Source: Limnothrix sp. BL-A-16
GTDB lineage: Bacteria; Cyanobacteriota; Cyanobacteriia; CACIAM-69d
DNA length: 64,000 bases
Assembly: GCA_041937175.2 (NCBI GenBank)
Contig: CP166615.1
Location: forward strand, 1,888,001-1,952,000
Direction: 5' to 3'
Shown here: piece by piece, positions 50,965 through 60,291 of the stretch
Numbering within the stretch: position 1 is the first letter of the stretch
How the letters are laid out: each line of letters opens with the position of its first letter
Position numbers and translations under genes: made by a program
Notes under the pieces: model-generated
What the model was told of the DNA's origin: nothing
The model's input: only the letters and a program-made list of their open reading frames with translations
Database searches by the model: none

Positions 50965-52728
50965 CTAGGAATCTCGCAGATCCAAGGACTGATGGCGACG
51001 CTGACGGCTCATTTCATAGAGCGCCATCCCCGCCGCCACCGAGGCATTCAGGCTGGGCGTGTGGCCGCTCATGGGAATGGACATCAGCACATCACAGGTT
51101 TTTTGCACCAACAGGCTCAGGCCATCTCCCTCTGCGCCAATCACCAGCACGATCGGGCCCGTGAGGTCTACCTTGTCGATCGTTTCGCTGCCCTCCGCGG
51201 CCAAACCATGGATCCAGAAGCCAGCAGCTTTCAGGGTTTCCAGGGCTTGAACCAAGTTGCCCACTCGTGCAATGTTCAGGTGCTCGATCGCGCCAGCCGC
51301 CACCTTCACCACCGTGGAAGTCACACCCACGGCCCGCCGTTGGGGAATGATGATGCCCTTTGCGCCCAAGGCTTCGGCACTGCGGGCGATCGCGCCCAAA
51401 TTGTGCGGATCCGTCACCCCATCAACTGCTACCAACACGGCGCGATCGGTGGCCGCTTTGGCCTTTTCAATCACATCGGCCAAGTCCAAGTAGTCATAGG
51501 CCGCCGCCTGGGCTGCCACGCCTTGGTGATTGCCTCCGTCCGTCAGCCGCGCCAGTTGGCTGTAGGTGGCTTCGTCGATGATCGTGCCGTTGGTCTTCGC
51601 CGTTTGCAGCAGCCCCATGAACCGGGAATCGTAGCGCAACTGCGGCACGATCCAGAGTTTGTGCAGGGTGCGCTCGCTCTCTAGGGCTGCCAACACCGAA
51701 TGACGGCCGTAGATGATGTCATTGTTGGTTTCGGCCTCGCCCGTGGAAGGGTTGCCATTTTGGGCATTGCCATCAAAGGCATGGGCAGCGCGATCGCGCC
51801 CACCGAAGTCCCGGCCTTGGCCGTCCCGATGTTGCTCGCGGAACCCATCCCGACGGCCGCCAAACTTGCCCCCTTCGGGACGGCGACTGAAGGCCGGGCG
51901 ATCGCCTCCGCGATCGAACCGAGGAGACCGATCACCCCGTTCACCCCGATCGCTCCGTTCACCGCGATCGCCCCGGGGTGAACCATAGTCGCCATCCCGA
52001 CGCTCATCCCGGTTGCGCTCCGGCCGGTCAGGTCGATCGGGTCGATCGCCAAAGGGGCGGCTGAACTTGCCTTGACCCTTGCTAAATTTCTTGCCTCGGA
52101 AGTCTGAACCCTCACCCCCGCGCGAGTCCCGGTTCTCTTCCCGGTTCCAATCACCCCGAGGACTAAAGGGACGATCGCCCCCACGGTTTGGCCGATCGCC
52201 ATCCCGGCCACGGCGCTCAAAGGACTGGCCGCCCTGACCGCCACCAAAAGGCTTGCGGCCAAAGGATTTGCCGCCAAAGTCCCGGGACTCGCCATCGCGC
52301 TGGCCGGAGCCATAGCCCCGTGATCCTTGCGATCGATCCTGGGATCCCTGCGATCCCTGAGAGCCATAGCCCGATCGCCCCTGGGAACCATAGCCCGATC
52401 GACCTTGGGAACCATAGCCCGATCGCTGGCCGCCGTAGTCCTTCTTTTCCTTGCCAAAGTCCCGGTCTTGGCCAAAATCCCGGCGATCGCCCCCGTCATA
52501 GTTGCGGCGTTCCCGGTCTTCCCCGGAGAACCCGAAATCATCCGCGCGATCGCGCCGTCCCTCGTAACGCCCCTTCGAGCCTTCTCCCCCTTGGGAACCT
52601 TGATACCGTCCCTTGCCCTGAAACTGTCCGCCCTTAACCGGTTTCCCCGGACGCTCAAACTTGCTGGATTGACCGGCTTGGCCTGCTGAATTGCCGGTAC
52701 GACCCTTACGATACGAAAAATCAGTCAT
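50965..52728 (-). CDS. rlmB: 23S rRNA (G2251-2'-O)-methyltransferase with a long low-complexity N-terminus
   Basis: [45 protein letters not shown]. Confidence 0.95.
   Translation of the reverse strand: MTDFSYRKGRTGNSAGQAGQSSKFERPGKPVKGGQFQGKGRYQGSQGGEGSKGRYEGRRDRADDFGFSGEDRERRNYDGGDRRDFGQDRDFGKEKKDYGGQRSGYGSQGRSGYGSQGRSGYGSQGSQGSQDRSQGSRGYGSGQRDGESRDFGGKSFGRKPFGGGQGGQSFERRGRDGDRPNRGGDRPFSPRGDWNREENRDSRGGEGSDFRGKKFSKGQGKFSRPFGDRPDRPDRPERNRDERRDGDYGSPRGDRGERSDRGERGDRSPRFDRGGDRPAFSRRPEGGKFGGRRDGFREQHRDGQGRDFGGRDRAAHAFDGNAQNGNPSTGEAETNNDIIYGRHSVLAALESERTLHKLWIVPQLRYDSRFMGLLQTAKTNGTIIDEATYSQLARLTDGGNHQGVAAQAAAYDYLDLADVIEKAKAATDRAVLVAVDGVTDPHNLGAIARSAEALGAKGIIIPQRRAVGVTSTVVKVAAGAIEHLNIARVGNLVQALETLKAAGFWIHGLAAEGSETIDKVDLTGPIVLVIGAEGDGLSLLVQKTCDVLMSIPMSGHTPSLNASVAAGMALYEMSRQRRHQSLDLRDS
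52364..52425 (-). repeat. 24-bp tandem repeat (RSGYGSQG x3)
   Basis: CCATAGCCCGATCG at 52364, 52388 and 52412. Confidence 0.85.
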
Positions 52729-53243
52729 GATGAAGAGTTGCGATCTACAGTCGCATGAGAGGAAACAGACGGCGACAAGTCCAACCGGGCCAACAACTCG
52801 GTCAGTCGGGACGGCTGGGTTAGATAGAGATAGCCCACCAAGGTTTCAAAGGCCGTGGCGGCCTGGTATGTTCCACCCGCGAGCCGTTTCGGACGCTTAT
52901 CAGTGGCATTGCGACCGCGCCGAACTATCTCACGTTCAGCCTCGGTCAGGTGGGGCAGCAGCGCCTCTAGATGGCGGGCTTGGGTTTCAGCGCGAACTTG
53001 AGCAACCACGCGATCGTGATAGGTTCGGGTGCGTGATTGCGGCAAGAGGTAATAGCAGCGGATGTAAAGTTCGTAAACGGAGTCGCCTAAATAGGCCAAG
53101 GCGGCCGGCGACAGACGTTGAATTTCGGCTGCGGGAATTGACGAACTGAGGGGGAGGGGCGATCGCAAGGCCGCGGCGGCTAGCCAGCCTGCTTCGACAC
53201 TCGGGGAATCCGTCGCGATCGCCGGTTGTAACTCCACAGCCAA
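52725..53243 (-). CDS. mrnC: Mini-ribonuclease III
   Basis: [40 protein letters not shown]. Confidence 0.92.
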   Translation of the reverse strand: MAVELQPAIATDSPSVEAGWLAAAALRSPLPLSSSIPAAEIQRLSPAALAYLGDSVYELYIRCYYLLPQSRTRTYHDRVVAQVRAETQARHLEALLPHLTEAEREIVRRGRNATDKRPKRLAGGTYQAATAFETLVGYLYLTQPSRLTELLARLDLSPSVSSHATVDRNSSS

Positions 53244-53245
53244 TC

Positions 53246-53623
53246 TTAGCCTTGATTCGATTCAGAAACGCGCTTAATCGCCACTTCAACCGAATCTTGG
53301 AGTGATAGGAAGCTTTCGAGACGCACGAGTTTAACGGTCTGGGTGACGCGGGGATTCGTCACAATCTGGAAACTACCACCTGCACTCTGGGCCTTTTTCG
53401 CCAGTTGCACCAGAGCGCCTAGCCCAGAACTATCTACAAAATCGATATGCGCTAGATCCAGCACCACATGGGGCGGGCCGTCTTCAACATACTGCCCGAG
53501 CTTTTTGCGGAACGTGGGTTCCGAAAATGCATCGAGCAGCCCTGTGAGGCGGAACAGTTGACAATCTCCCTTAACTTCGCGCGTGCCTCGTAAGCTGACG
53601 GTTAGGGTAAGTTGCTCGGGAAT
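53246..53623 (-). CDS. STAS-domain anti-sigma-factor antagonist (probable ATT start)
   Basis: PEQLTLTVSLRGTRE...LTGLLDAFSEPTFR...DFVDSSGLGALV; AGGAGG lies 5 nt before the ATT at 53623; in-frame TAG at 53633-53635. Confidence 0.85.
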   Translation of the reverse strand: MPEQLTLTVSLRGTREVKGDCQLFRLTGLLDAFSEPTFRKKLGQYVEDGPPHVVLDLAHIDFVDSSGLGALVQLAKKAQSAGGSFQIVTNPRVTQTVKLVRLESFLSLQDSVEVAIKRVSESNQG

Positions 53624-53965
53624 AATGACCTCCTAAGAACACCGTCGCAATCTAGACAACATCCCAATATAAGGATTCCGAGCCTGGTTGTCCACTGAAT
53701 TTTGTGCGGGTAGCCGCCCGGCTTTTGGGACTGGGGTTCTTGCAGGGGCGTTTTTGCGATCAATTGCAATCAATTTTAAAGATCTTTGGAGATTTTTTGA
53801 AGATCTTGGAGATCTAAACCTTGACAATCCAGTAGAAAAAGATCCCTAGAGGGGATGTGCTGACTAAACCCGCTGACTGAACCCGCTGGCTGAACCCGCC
53901 CGCCATTAGCAATATTTCTCGATCCCAATCGCGATCCCGATCCCAACCTCGATCCCGATCGCCCT

Positions 53966-54781
53966 CTAGATCCCGATCGCCCGGCGGAAAAAATCGCCCA
54001 AATCAGCCCGAGCCACCACTAAGCAAGCGTTAGAGCGTTTGCCATAACTGTCGCCAGGGGTGAGCGGAAAGGGTGGATAGGCTTCCAGGGAAATCCAGGT
54101 GGCTCCGGCCGCTTGCAGGATGGGCCAAACGGCGGCAATGTCCCAGGCTTTGGGCGTTAGCTCGTAGGCTCCCACCATGCTGCCGGTGGCGACGGTGAGC
54201 AAGTTGTAGCTAGCGGACCCGATCGCCCGGATTTTGCAACAGAAGGGACGTGGGGCCCGCTCAATGCTGCGGGTGCAAAAACTAAAGGTTTGGTTGGGGC
54301 TCGGGTCGGCGCTGGTGGTTCGGATCGGGCGGCCGTTGTGAAAGGCTCCTGGTTCGAGATCCAATCCCGTTTCACCGGGCCAAAAGCCATAGCAAGCTTC
54401 TTGGGTGGGGGGATAGTACAGATAGCCAAAGACGGGCCAGCCGCGATAGAGCAGCCCGATCGAAATGCCCCAAACCGGGATGCCGTGGCTGAAATTGGTG
54501 GTGCCATCGATCGGGTCAATGATCCAACACCAGTCCCGATCGGGCAAATCATGGTTGCCCTCTTCACTGAGCAAGCCGTGATCGGGAAATCGATCGGCGA
54601 TCGCCTGGCGCAGGGTGGCATCGGCCCAGGTGTCCGATTGGGTCAGCAAGGTTCCGTCGTCTTTTTCGGTGGTGGCTCGATCGCCCGCAAAGTCCTTCAG
54701 CAGTTGCTGACCCGTGCGCTGGGCCAGGTCGGCGGTGAAGGTTAAAACATCAGTCCAAAAGGCGCGATCGATGGCGGTCAT
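53966..54781 (-). CDS. inositol monophosphatase family protein
   Basis: LSEEG, WIIDPIDGTTNF, GSAS, WDIAA. Confidence 0.93.
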   Translation of the reverse strand: MTAIDRAFWTDVLTFTADLAQRTGQQLLKDFAGDRATTEKDDGTLLTQSDTWADATLRQAIADRFPDHGLLSEEGNHDLPDRDWCWIIDPIDGTTNFSHGIPVWGISIGLLYRGWPVFGYLYYPPTQEACYGFWPGETGLDLEPGAFHNGRPIRTTSADPSPNQTFSFCTRSIERAPRPFCCKIRAIGSASYNLLTVATGSMVGAYELTPKAWDIAAVWPILQAAGATWISLEAYPPFPLTPGDSYGKRSNACLVVARADLGDFFRRAIGI

Positions 54782-55069
54782 GGCAAGGGTTAGGCAGCGG
54801 AGGGCAAGGGAAGAAGGCGCAGGAACGATAGTTGCTCGGGGCCCAGGCAACACAAAGACAGAATAGCGACCGGCGGGCGATCGTCCAATGGCCAACACCG
54901 GCCAAGGAATGCGATGGCCATTGGCGGGCGAGCTGGGCATTCGGAGGGCCAGCCATTGGAGGGCCGGGCCGGTGTGGTATTTTTCCTGAGAACCCCACCG
55001 GTTCCCAGATGCACGCCCAGATGCACACCCATTGCCACGCACCCGTTGTCGATCTTGCAACCCCCTCCT

Positions 55070-58000
55070 ATGACTGAGCCGACTATTGCGATCGTTGCTG
55101 GACTGTTGCCGGTGGGATGCGATCGGGTGGCGGCGGCCCTCGAAGAGTTGGGCTGGCGACCGGTTTCCGTGGAACCCTGGCATCAGGCCGTATTGCGGGC
55201 CCAAGGCTTCCAAGAGTCCGGTTGGGTGACGCGGCAACCGGAGCCGGTTTCGGCCCTTTGGATCGATCGCTTGGGGCAGCTTTGTCGCCGCTGGCCCACG
55301 GGCCCGGTGGTGGTGGCGGACGCTTTGGCCACCTTGTTTTTGAGTGATTGGCAAACCCAGTTCCCCACCGCTCGGTTTGTGTTGGTGTCCTGTGCCCCTT
55401 GGGTGGGCGTTTCGGCCCTGTTTCGGGCGGCGGGCGATCGGGCCCTCGAAGATCCAGAATGGGCCCTGCGGGTTTGGCAAACCTACCACGAGGCGCTGTT
55501 GGTGGCCCTTGAGCAATTGGGCGATCGCGCCATTTTGGTGGACTTGGCGGCCGGGGCGGTGGAGTGGGGCCACGAAACCCTGATTTTGCCCGACTGGGAG
55601 GCGATCGCCGATGAACGCCAAGCCCTTTTCCAGCATTTTTATCCCACGGCCACCGCCCTTTATCAGCAGCTCAACGCCCGGGCCCTGGCTCCGCACCCGC
55701 AATTGCCGATCGACCCCAGCGCGCCCACCGATGCCCTCACCTGGTTGCAGGATTGGGCCTTGGCTGAACAAACCCGCGATCGCCAAGGGCAGTTTCGGCA
55801 ACTGCAACGACAACTGGCCCAACTGCAACCGGCCTTGGCCCAAAGCCAATTTCAACTGGAGCAAACCCGCGCGGATCTCAGTCGCTATCAGGCCCGAGTC
55901 TTAACCGCCGAACAGGGGGCGATCGAGGGGCGATTGCAAGTGGATCAGTACCAAGCCCTGATTGGAACCTATGACAGTCGGCTGCAATGCACAGAAGACC
56001 TGCTGCAAGCGGCCAATCAAGACCTAGAAAGCCTGCGGGATCAAATCGCCGACCTCCACGAGGAATTGGAACTGGCGGAGTTGGAAGTGAAGCACGGTCG
56101 CCAGGCGATCGCCCGGGCCCACGAACTGCGGGATCACGCCAAGGCCCAAATCGCCGCCGCCCAAGATCAGTTTCGGGAGTTGCGATCGCGCCTTGAGGAA
56201 ACCCGTCGCCTGTTAGACATCATTCGCAGCAGCAAGTTTTGGGCCCTGCGGAATTTCTGGATCAAGCTGAAATACAAACTGCGGCCGCCAGCGGTCGATC
56301 ACTTTGATCCGGAGCTGTTTGCACGCACGCTGGTGGCCCTGTCGCAAATTCCCCCGGAACTGGCGATCGCCCCCGATCCGGCAGCCCAACAGTCTGCAAT
56401 CTATGAGGCAATTAAGCGAGAACTGCCCACCCTGGATTTGCGCAAGCCCCACGCCCTCCTGCGGCTGTTTGATGCGGCCTACTATCTGGAAACCCAACCG
56501 GATGTGGCCAACTGTTTGCCCAATGCCACCTATAGCCAGGCCTTTGCCCACTTTGTGGCCAACGGGGCAGCGGAAGGGCGCGATCCCAGCCCCCTTTTCA
56601 AAACCCGCTACTACCTGGAAACCTATCCCCAGGTGAAAACGCGATTGGCGGCCAAGGATTTCAACAGTGCGATCGAACATTTCCTTGAAGTGGGAATGGC
56701 GGAGGGGCTGAATCCCAATCCCAACTTTGACAGCGAATTTTATTTGCAAACCTACGGCGACGCGGCCTTGGCGGTGGAACTGGGGCAATATCGCAGCGCC
56801 TTTGAGCATTTTCTGTTGGTGGGGGTGCGCGAAGGACGCTTGGCGGCTCCAGTGAAGGTGCAAACGGCGGACGATCGCCCGATCGGGATGTTTGCCTTCA
56901 TCAGTGGCTGCGGCGGTGCGCCCTATCGCTACCGTTGTCTGCATCAGGCCGAAGCCCTGCGCTATTTGGGCTATAGCGTTGAGGTCTACGACATTGCCCA
57001 ATATCCTTACCGGGAACTGCTGGATCGATACCGAGTGGTGGTGATGCACCGGCCCACCTTCCATCCCAACCTGGAGTCCGCGATCGAGGAAGGGCGAAAA
57101 CAGGGCGTGCGGTTTGTGTTTGAAACCGATGATTTGGTCTTTGATCCGGATCTGCTCTACCAGTTGGAAGATGCCAACAGCGGCGAAGAAGAACTGCGGC
57201 AGGTTTACAAGGAGATGATGCACCAATACCAACGGGCGATCGCCCGGGTGGATGGGGTCAGCACCAGCACCGCCAACCTGAAACGGTCGATCGAACAGCG
57301 ATTCCCCGGCACTCCCGTGGCGCTGCTGCCCAACCGAGCCAGCGCCGAAATGGAACGACAAGCGGCCGAAACCCTGGCCGCCGCCACCGATGAGCGAGAT
57401 CGCTCCGTGGTGCGCCTGGGCTATCTCAGCGGCACTAAAACCCACCAGCGGGACTTTGGGGAATGTGAGGCCGCCTTGCAGGTCATTGCCGCCCGCTATC
57501 CCCAAGCGCGACTGCTGGTGGTGGGGCATTTGGAACTATCGGCGGACTTCGCGGCAACCTGGGGCGATCGACTGGAGCGGTTGCCGATTTTGCCCTGGGA
57601 AAAACTGCCGGAAGTTTATGCCCGTTTGGATATTAACTTGGCTCCCCTAGAGCGCGATCGGGAATTCACCGCCGGTAAGAGCGAGCTGAAATATTTTGAG
57701 GCGGCCCTGTTGGCCGTGCCCACGGTGGCCTCCCATTGGGGAACCTATGCGGAAGCCATTCAACCGGGAGTCACGGGGTTCCTGTGTGGTGACTCGGAAG
57801 ACTGGATCGCCACCTTGGGCCAGTTGATTGAGGATCAGGATTTGCGCGATCGCATGGGCCAAGCGGCCAACCAAGCGGCCCGCCAGCGCTACCTCACCCG
57901 CGCCGCCTTGGGAGAAACCTGGGCCGGCTGGCATCACCTGTTGGCCCGATCGATCCCGGAACCCAGCGCCTTGACCGTGGCGATGGTGGTCTCCTTGGCG

Positions 58001-59017
58001 GCCAGCGACAGCGTGGAGGTCGATCGAATCGCCACCCTGGCCCGGGCCCTGGATGCCCAAGGCCATGAGGTGCGGCTCGTGGTGCAACCTTTCGGAGCCA
58101 GCAGCAGCGGCCAAGTTCATCAGGCCTGTCGTGCTTGGGAAACCCAATTGCAAGGCAGCGGTGTGCAGGTGTTGGAAGGCCAAACGGAACTGCCGGCTTT
58201 GGATGTGGCCCTGGCCACCGATTGGCGATCGGCCTGTGCGGTGGCCGATTGGGCCAACGTGCGGCTGCGGGTGCGTTTGGTTCAAAACTGGGAGGTGGAT
58301 TGCGAAGCCCTGGGCACGATCGAGCGAGAAACGGCCCTCGGTTCCTGTGGGTTGCCGTTGCGGCCGATCGCCCTCGGCCAGGCCCTCGCCGATCGCTGGG
58401 AAACGGCCCGAACCCTGCGAGTGCCGCCCCTGTGGTTGGAAGGCGGATTAACAGCGGACTTTTTGCCCACCGCGCCCAATTGGGTGCGCCACAGCGGCCC
58501 CGCCCGATCAATCCTTTGGTTAGACGATCGGGCCACCGATGCCGACCAGCGATCGGCGATCATTGCCGGGTTGAGCCTCCTGGCCACCCAACAGCCGGAT
58601 TTACAAATTCGCCGCTACGGTTCCCACGCGCCGGAGCCGCTACCCTTTGCTTGTGAAGAACTGGGCTGGCCCGATCGGGCTACCTTGGCCGCCGCGTTGC
58701 AAACGGCCCAACTGCACTTGGCCCCCTCCGCCGCCAATAGCGCCCTCCCCACCCTGCAAGCGATCGGTTGTGGTTGTGCGGCCCTGCTGGTGGGCGAAGA
58801 TTTGCCGCTGCATTCCACCCTTTCCGCCGGGATTCACTACGGCACGGTGCTGCCCGTGGCCGAGTCGATCGCCCAAACCCTGCTGCAACTGACCACCGAC
58901 GCAGTTTCGCGGGTCAACCTGGCCCAAACGGGACGAGCCACCGTTGAAACCCTCGGGATCGATCGCACTGCCAACGAACTGGAGCAACTGCTGCGTCGTC
59001 TGCTGTTTTTAGAGTAG
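55070..59017 (+). CDS. large multidomain glycosyltransferase (GT4-like) with coiled coil and YYL...EG repeats
   Basis: Coiled coil ending SSKFW; three F..xYYL..YP....AF.HF...G..EG repeats; RYRC, FETDDLVF, LGYLSGT.TH..DF, DINLAPL, KSELKYFEA. Confidence 0.85.
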   Translation: MTEPTIAIVAGLLPVGCDRVAAALEELGWRPVSVEPWHQAVLRAQGFQESGWVTRQPEPVSALWIDRLGQLCRRWPTGPVVVADALATLFLSDWQTQFPTARFVLVSCAPWVGVSALFRAAGDRALEDPEWALRVWQTYHEALLVALEQLGDRAILVDLAAGAVEWGHETLILPDWEAIADERQALFQHFYPTATALYQQLNARALAPHPQLPIDPSAPTDALTWLQDWALAEQTRDRQGQFRQLQRQLAQLQPALAQSQFQLEQTRADLSRYQARVLTAEQGAIEGRLQVDQYQALIGTYDSRLQCTEDLLQAANQDLESLRDQIADLHEELELAELEVKHGRQAIARAHELRDHAKAQIAAAQDQFRELRSRLEETRRLLDIIRSSKFWALRNFWIKLKYKLRPPAVDHFDPELFARTLVALSQIPPELAIAPDPAAQQSAIYEAIKRELPTLDLRKPHALLRLFDAAYYLETQPDVANCLPNATYSQAFAHFVANGAAEGRDPSPLFKTRYYLETYPQVKTRLAAKDFNSAIEHFLEVGMAEGLNPNPNFDSEFYLQTYGDAALAVELGQYRSAFEHFLLVGVREGRLAAPVKVQTADDRPIGMFAFISGCGGAPYRYRCLHQAEALRYLGYSVEVYDIAQYPYRELLDRYRVVVMHRPTFHPNLESAIEEGRKQGVRFVFETDDLVFDPDLLYQLEDANSGEEELRQVYKEMMHQYQRAIARVDGVSTSTANLKRSIEQRFPGTPVALLPNRASAEMERQAAETLAAATDERDRSVVRLGYLSGTKTHQRDFGECEAALQVIAARYPQARLLVVGHLELSADFAATWGDRLERLPILPWEKLPEVYARLDINLAPLERDREFTAGKSELKYFEAALLAVPTVASHWGTYAEAIQPGVTGFLCGDSEDWIATLGQLIEDQDLRDRMGQAANQAARQRYLTRAALGETWAGWHHLLARSIPEPSALTVAMVVSLAASDSVEVDRIATLARALDAQGHEVRLVVQPFGASSSGQVHQACRAWETQLQGSGVQVLEGQTELPALDVALATDWRSACAVADWANVRLRVRLVQNWEVDCEALGTIERETALGSCGLPLRPIALGQALADRWETARTLRVPPLWLEGGLTADFLPTAPNWVRHSGPARSILWLDDRATDADQRSAIIAGLSLLATQQPDLQIRRYGSHAPEPLPFACEELGWPDRATLAAALQTAQLHLAPSAANSALPTLQAIGCGCAALLVGEDLPLHSTLSAGIHYGTVLPVAESIAQTLLQLTTDAVSRVNLAQTGRATVETLGIDRTANELEQLLRRLLFLE

Positions 59018-59093
59018 GCAATCGCGTAAATTTCGCTATCCTGGGGCCATTGGGGCAATTTTGCTCAATCAGGAGTCCAAAGAGGAGTCCAAA

Positions 59094-59297
59094 ATGGTTC
59101 GTAAAATGGTGATGAGCTGCCGCATTCTCAACATGAAAGATGATCAGGCAGCCAAAGCAAGCGACCTAGCCTATTGGCGCAGTCAACCCGCTGAGGCCCG
59201 TTTGGCCGCCCTCGAAGAAATTCGCCGCGAATATCATCAATGGGCCTATGGTTTTGAACCCCGATTTCAGAGAGTTTATCGAGTGCTTAAACGCTAA
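59094..59297 (+). CDS. small hypothetical protein, partner of the nucleotidyltransferase
   Basis: DLAYWRSQP.EARLAALEEIR...RFQRVYRVLK; GAGGAG RBS; overlaps the next gene by 50 bp. Confidence 0.7.
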   Translation: MVRKMVMSCRILNMKDDQAAKASDLAYWRSQPAEARLAALEEIRREYHQWAYGFEPRFQRVYRVLKR

Positions 59298-59706
59298 CCA
59301 AGTTCGCTATCTCGTTGTGGGTGGCTATGCCGTGGCATTCCATGGACACCCTCGATACACCAAAGATCTAGACATTTGGATTCAGCCAACCCTAGAAAAT
59401 GCCCAAAAGGTGATTCAGGCTCTCGCTGCCTTTGGCTTTGCGAGCTTGAATCTAGTAGCTTCTGATTTCGCCCAATCCGATCAAGTGGTTCAGCTCGGTT
59501 ATCCTCCCAACCGAATTGACCTAATTACATCACCGGATGGAGTTGATTTTGAAACCTGCTATCAGAGCAAAATCGAGTCTGATCTAGATGGGCTAAAGAT
59601 TTGCTGGATTGACTTGGAAAACTTGCGGCTGAATAAAAAAGTATCGGGCAGATCCCAAGACTTAGCTGATTTAGAAAGTCTGGCAGGTTCTCAGGATCAA
59701 GCTTAA
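59248..59706 (+). CDS. minimal nucleotidyltransferase-fold protein
   Basis: YLVVGGYAV..HG.PRYTKDLD, RIDL, NK..SGRSQDLADL. Confidence 0.85.
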   Translation: MVLNPDFREFIECLNANQVRYLVVGGYAVAFHGHPRYTKDLDIWIQPTLENAQKVIQALAAFGFASLNLVASDFAQSDQVVQLGYPPNRIDLITSPDGVDFETCYQSKIESDLDGLKICWIDLENLRLNKKVSGRSQDLADLESLAGSQDQA

Positions 59707-59810
59707 ATGAGAGCTTTGAAAAATGTTTGAACTGTTTCTTTGTGACAGAATCCACAAGGTTCGTTGAGTTAATTTGACCAAGCAAGACTTAAATCACCAG
59801 ACTTAAAACC

Positions 59811-60191
59811 ATGAGCTTATTAGGTAACATCATTTGGCTGATTTTCGGTGGTCTCATCAGTGGGTTAGGCTACATCATCGGCGGCCTCAGCATGTGTTTA
59901 ACGATCGTGGGAATTCCCTTTGGTCTTCAACAAGTTAAAGTCGGATTGGCCACCATGACCCCCTTCGGTAAAGAAGTGGTGGCGGTGGAAAATGCCGATA
60001 GCCCTTTGCGGGTGATTTTGAATGTGATTTGGGTGTTTTTCTTTGGTTGGGCGATCGCCCTTTCACACCTGATCCACGGCGCGATTTTGGCGATCACAAT
60101 CATCGGGTTGCCCTTTGCTAAACAACATTTCAAGCTGTTGGTGATGGCGCTGTTGCCCTTTGGTCGAGAACTCAAGGAAATGGAGCGTTAA
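59811..60191 (+). CDS. YccF domain membrane protein
   Basis: Two repeats of N(I/V)IW..FG....L.I(V/I)G(I/L)PF....PFG. Confidence 0.92.
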   Translation: MSLLGNIIWLIFGGLISGLGYIIGGLSMCLTIVGIPFGLQQVKVGLATMTPFGKEVVAVENADSPLRVILNVIWVFFFGWAIALSHLIHGAILAITIIGLPFAKQHFKLLVMALLPFGRELKEMER

Positions 60192-60291
60192 CCAGAAAGG
60201 ACGCGAGGTGAGGATGGTGAATCCTCGGGGCATCATTTTGGGCGGGCCCTGAAGCGATATACTGCTCACGGCATAGGGCTAATCAACAAAT

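Noticed and set aside
51681..52658. 325-aa alternative-frame ORF inside rlmB
   Set aside because: A by-product of low-complexity, HIP1-rich sequence; no recognisable domain.
54782..55864. 360-aa N-terminal extension of the inositol monophosphatase
   Set aside because: It overlaps the divergent glycosyltransferase; the recognisable domain begins at the ATG at 54781.
56213..57529. 438-aa ORF antisense to the large glycosyltransferase
   Set aside because: Shadow ORF in GC-rich coding DNA.
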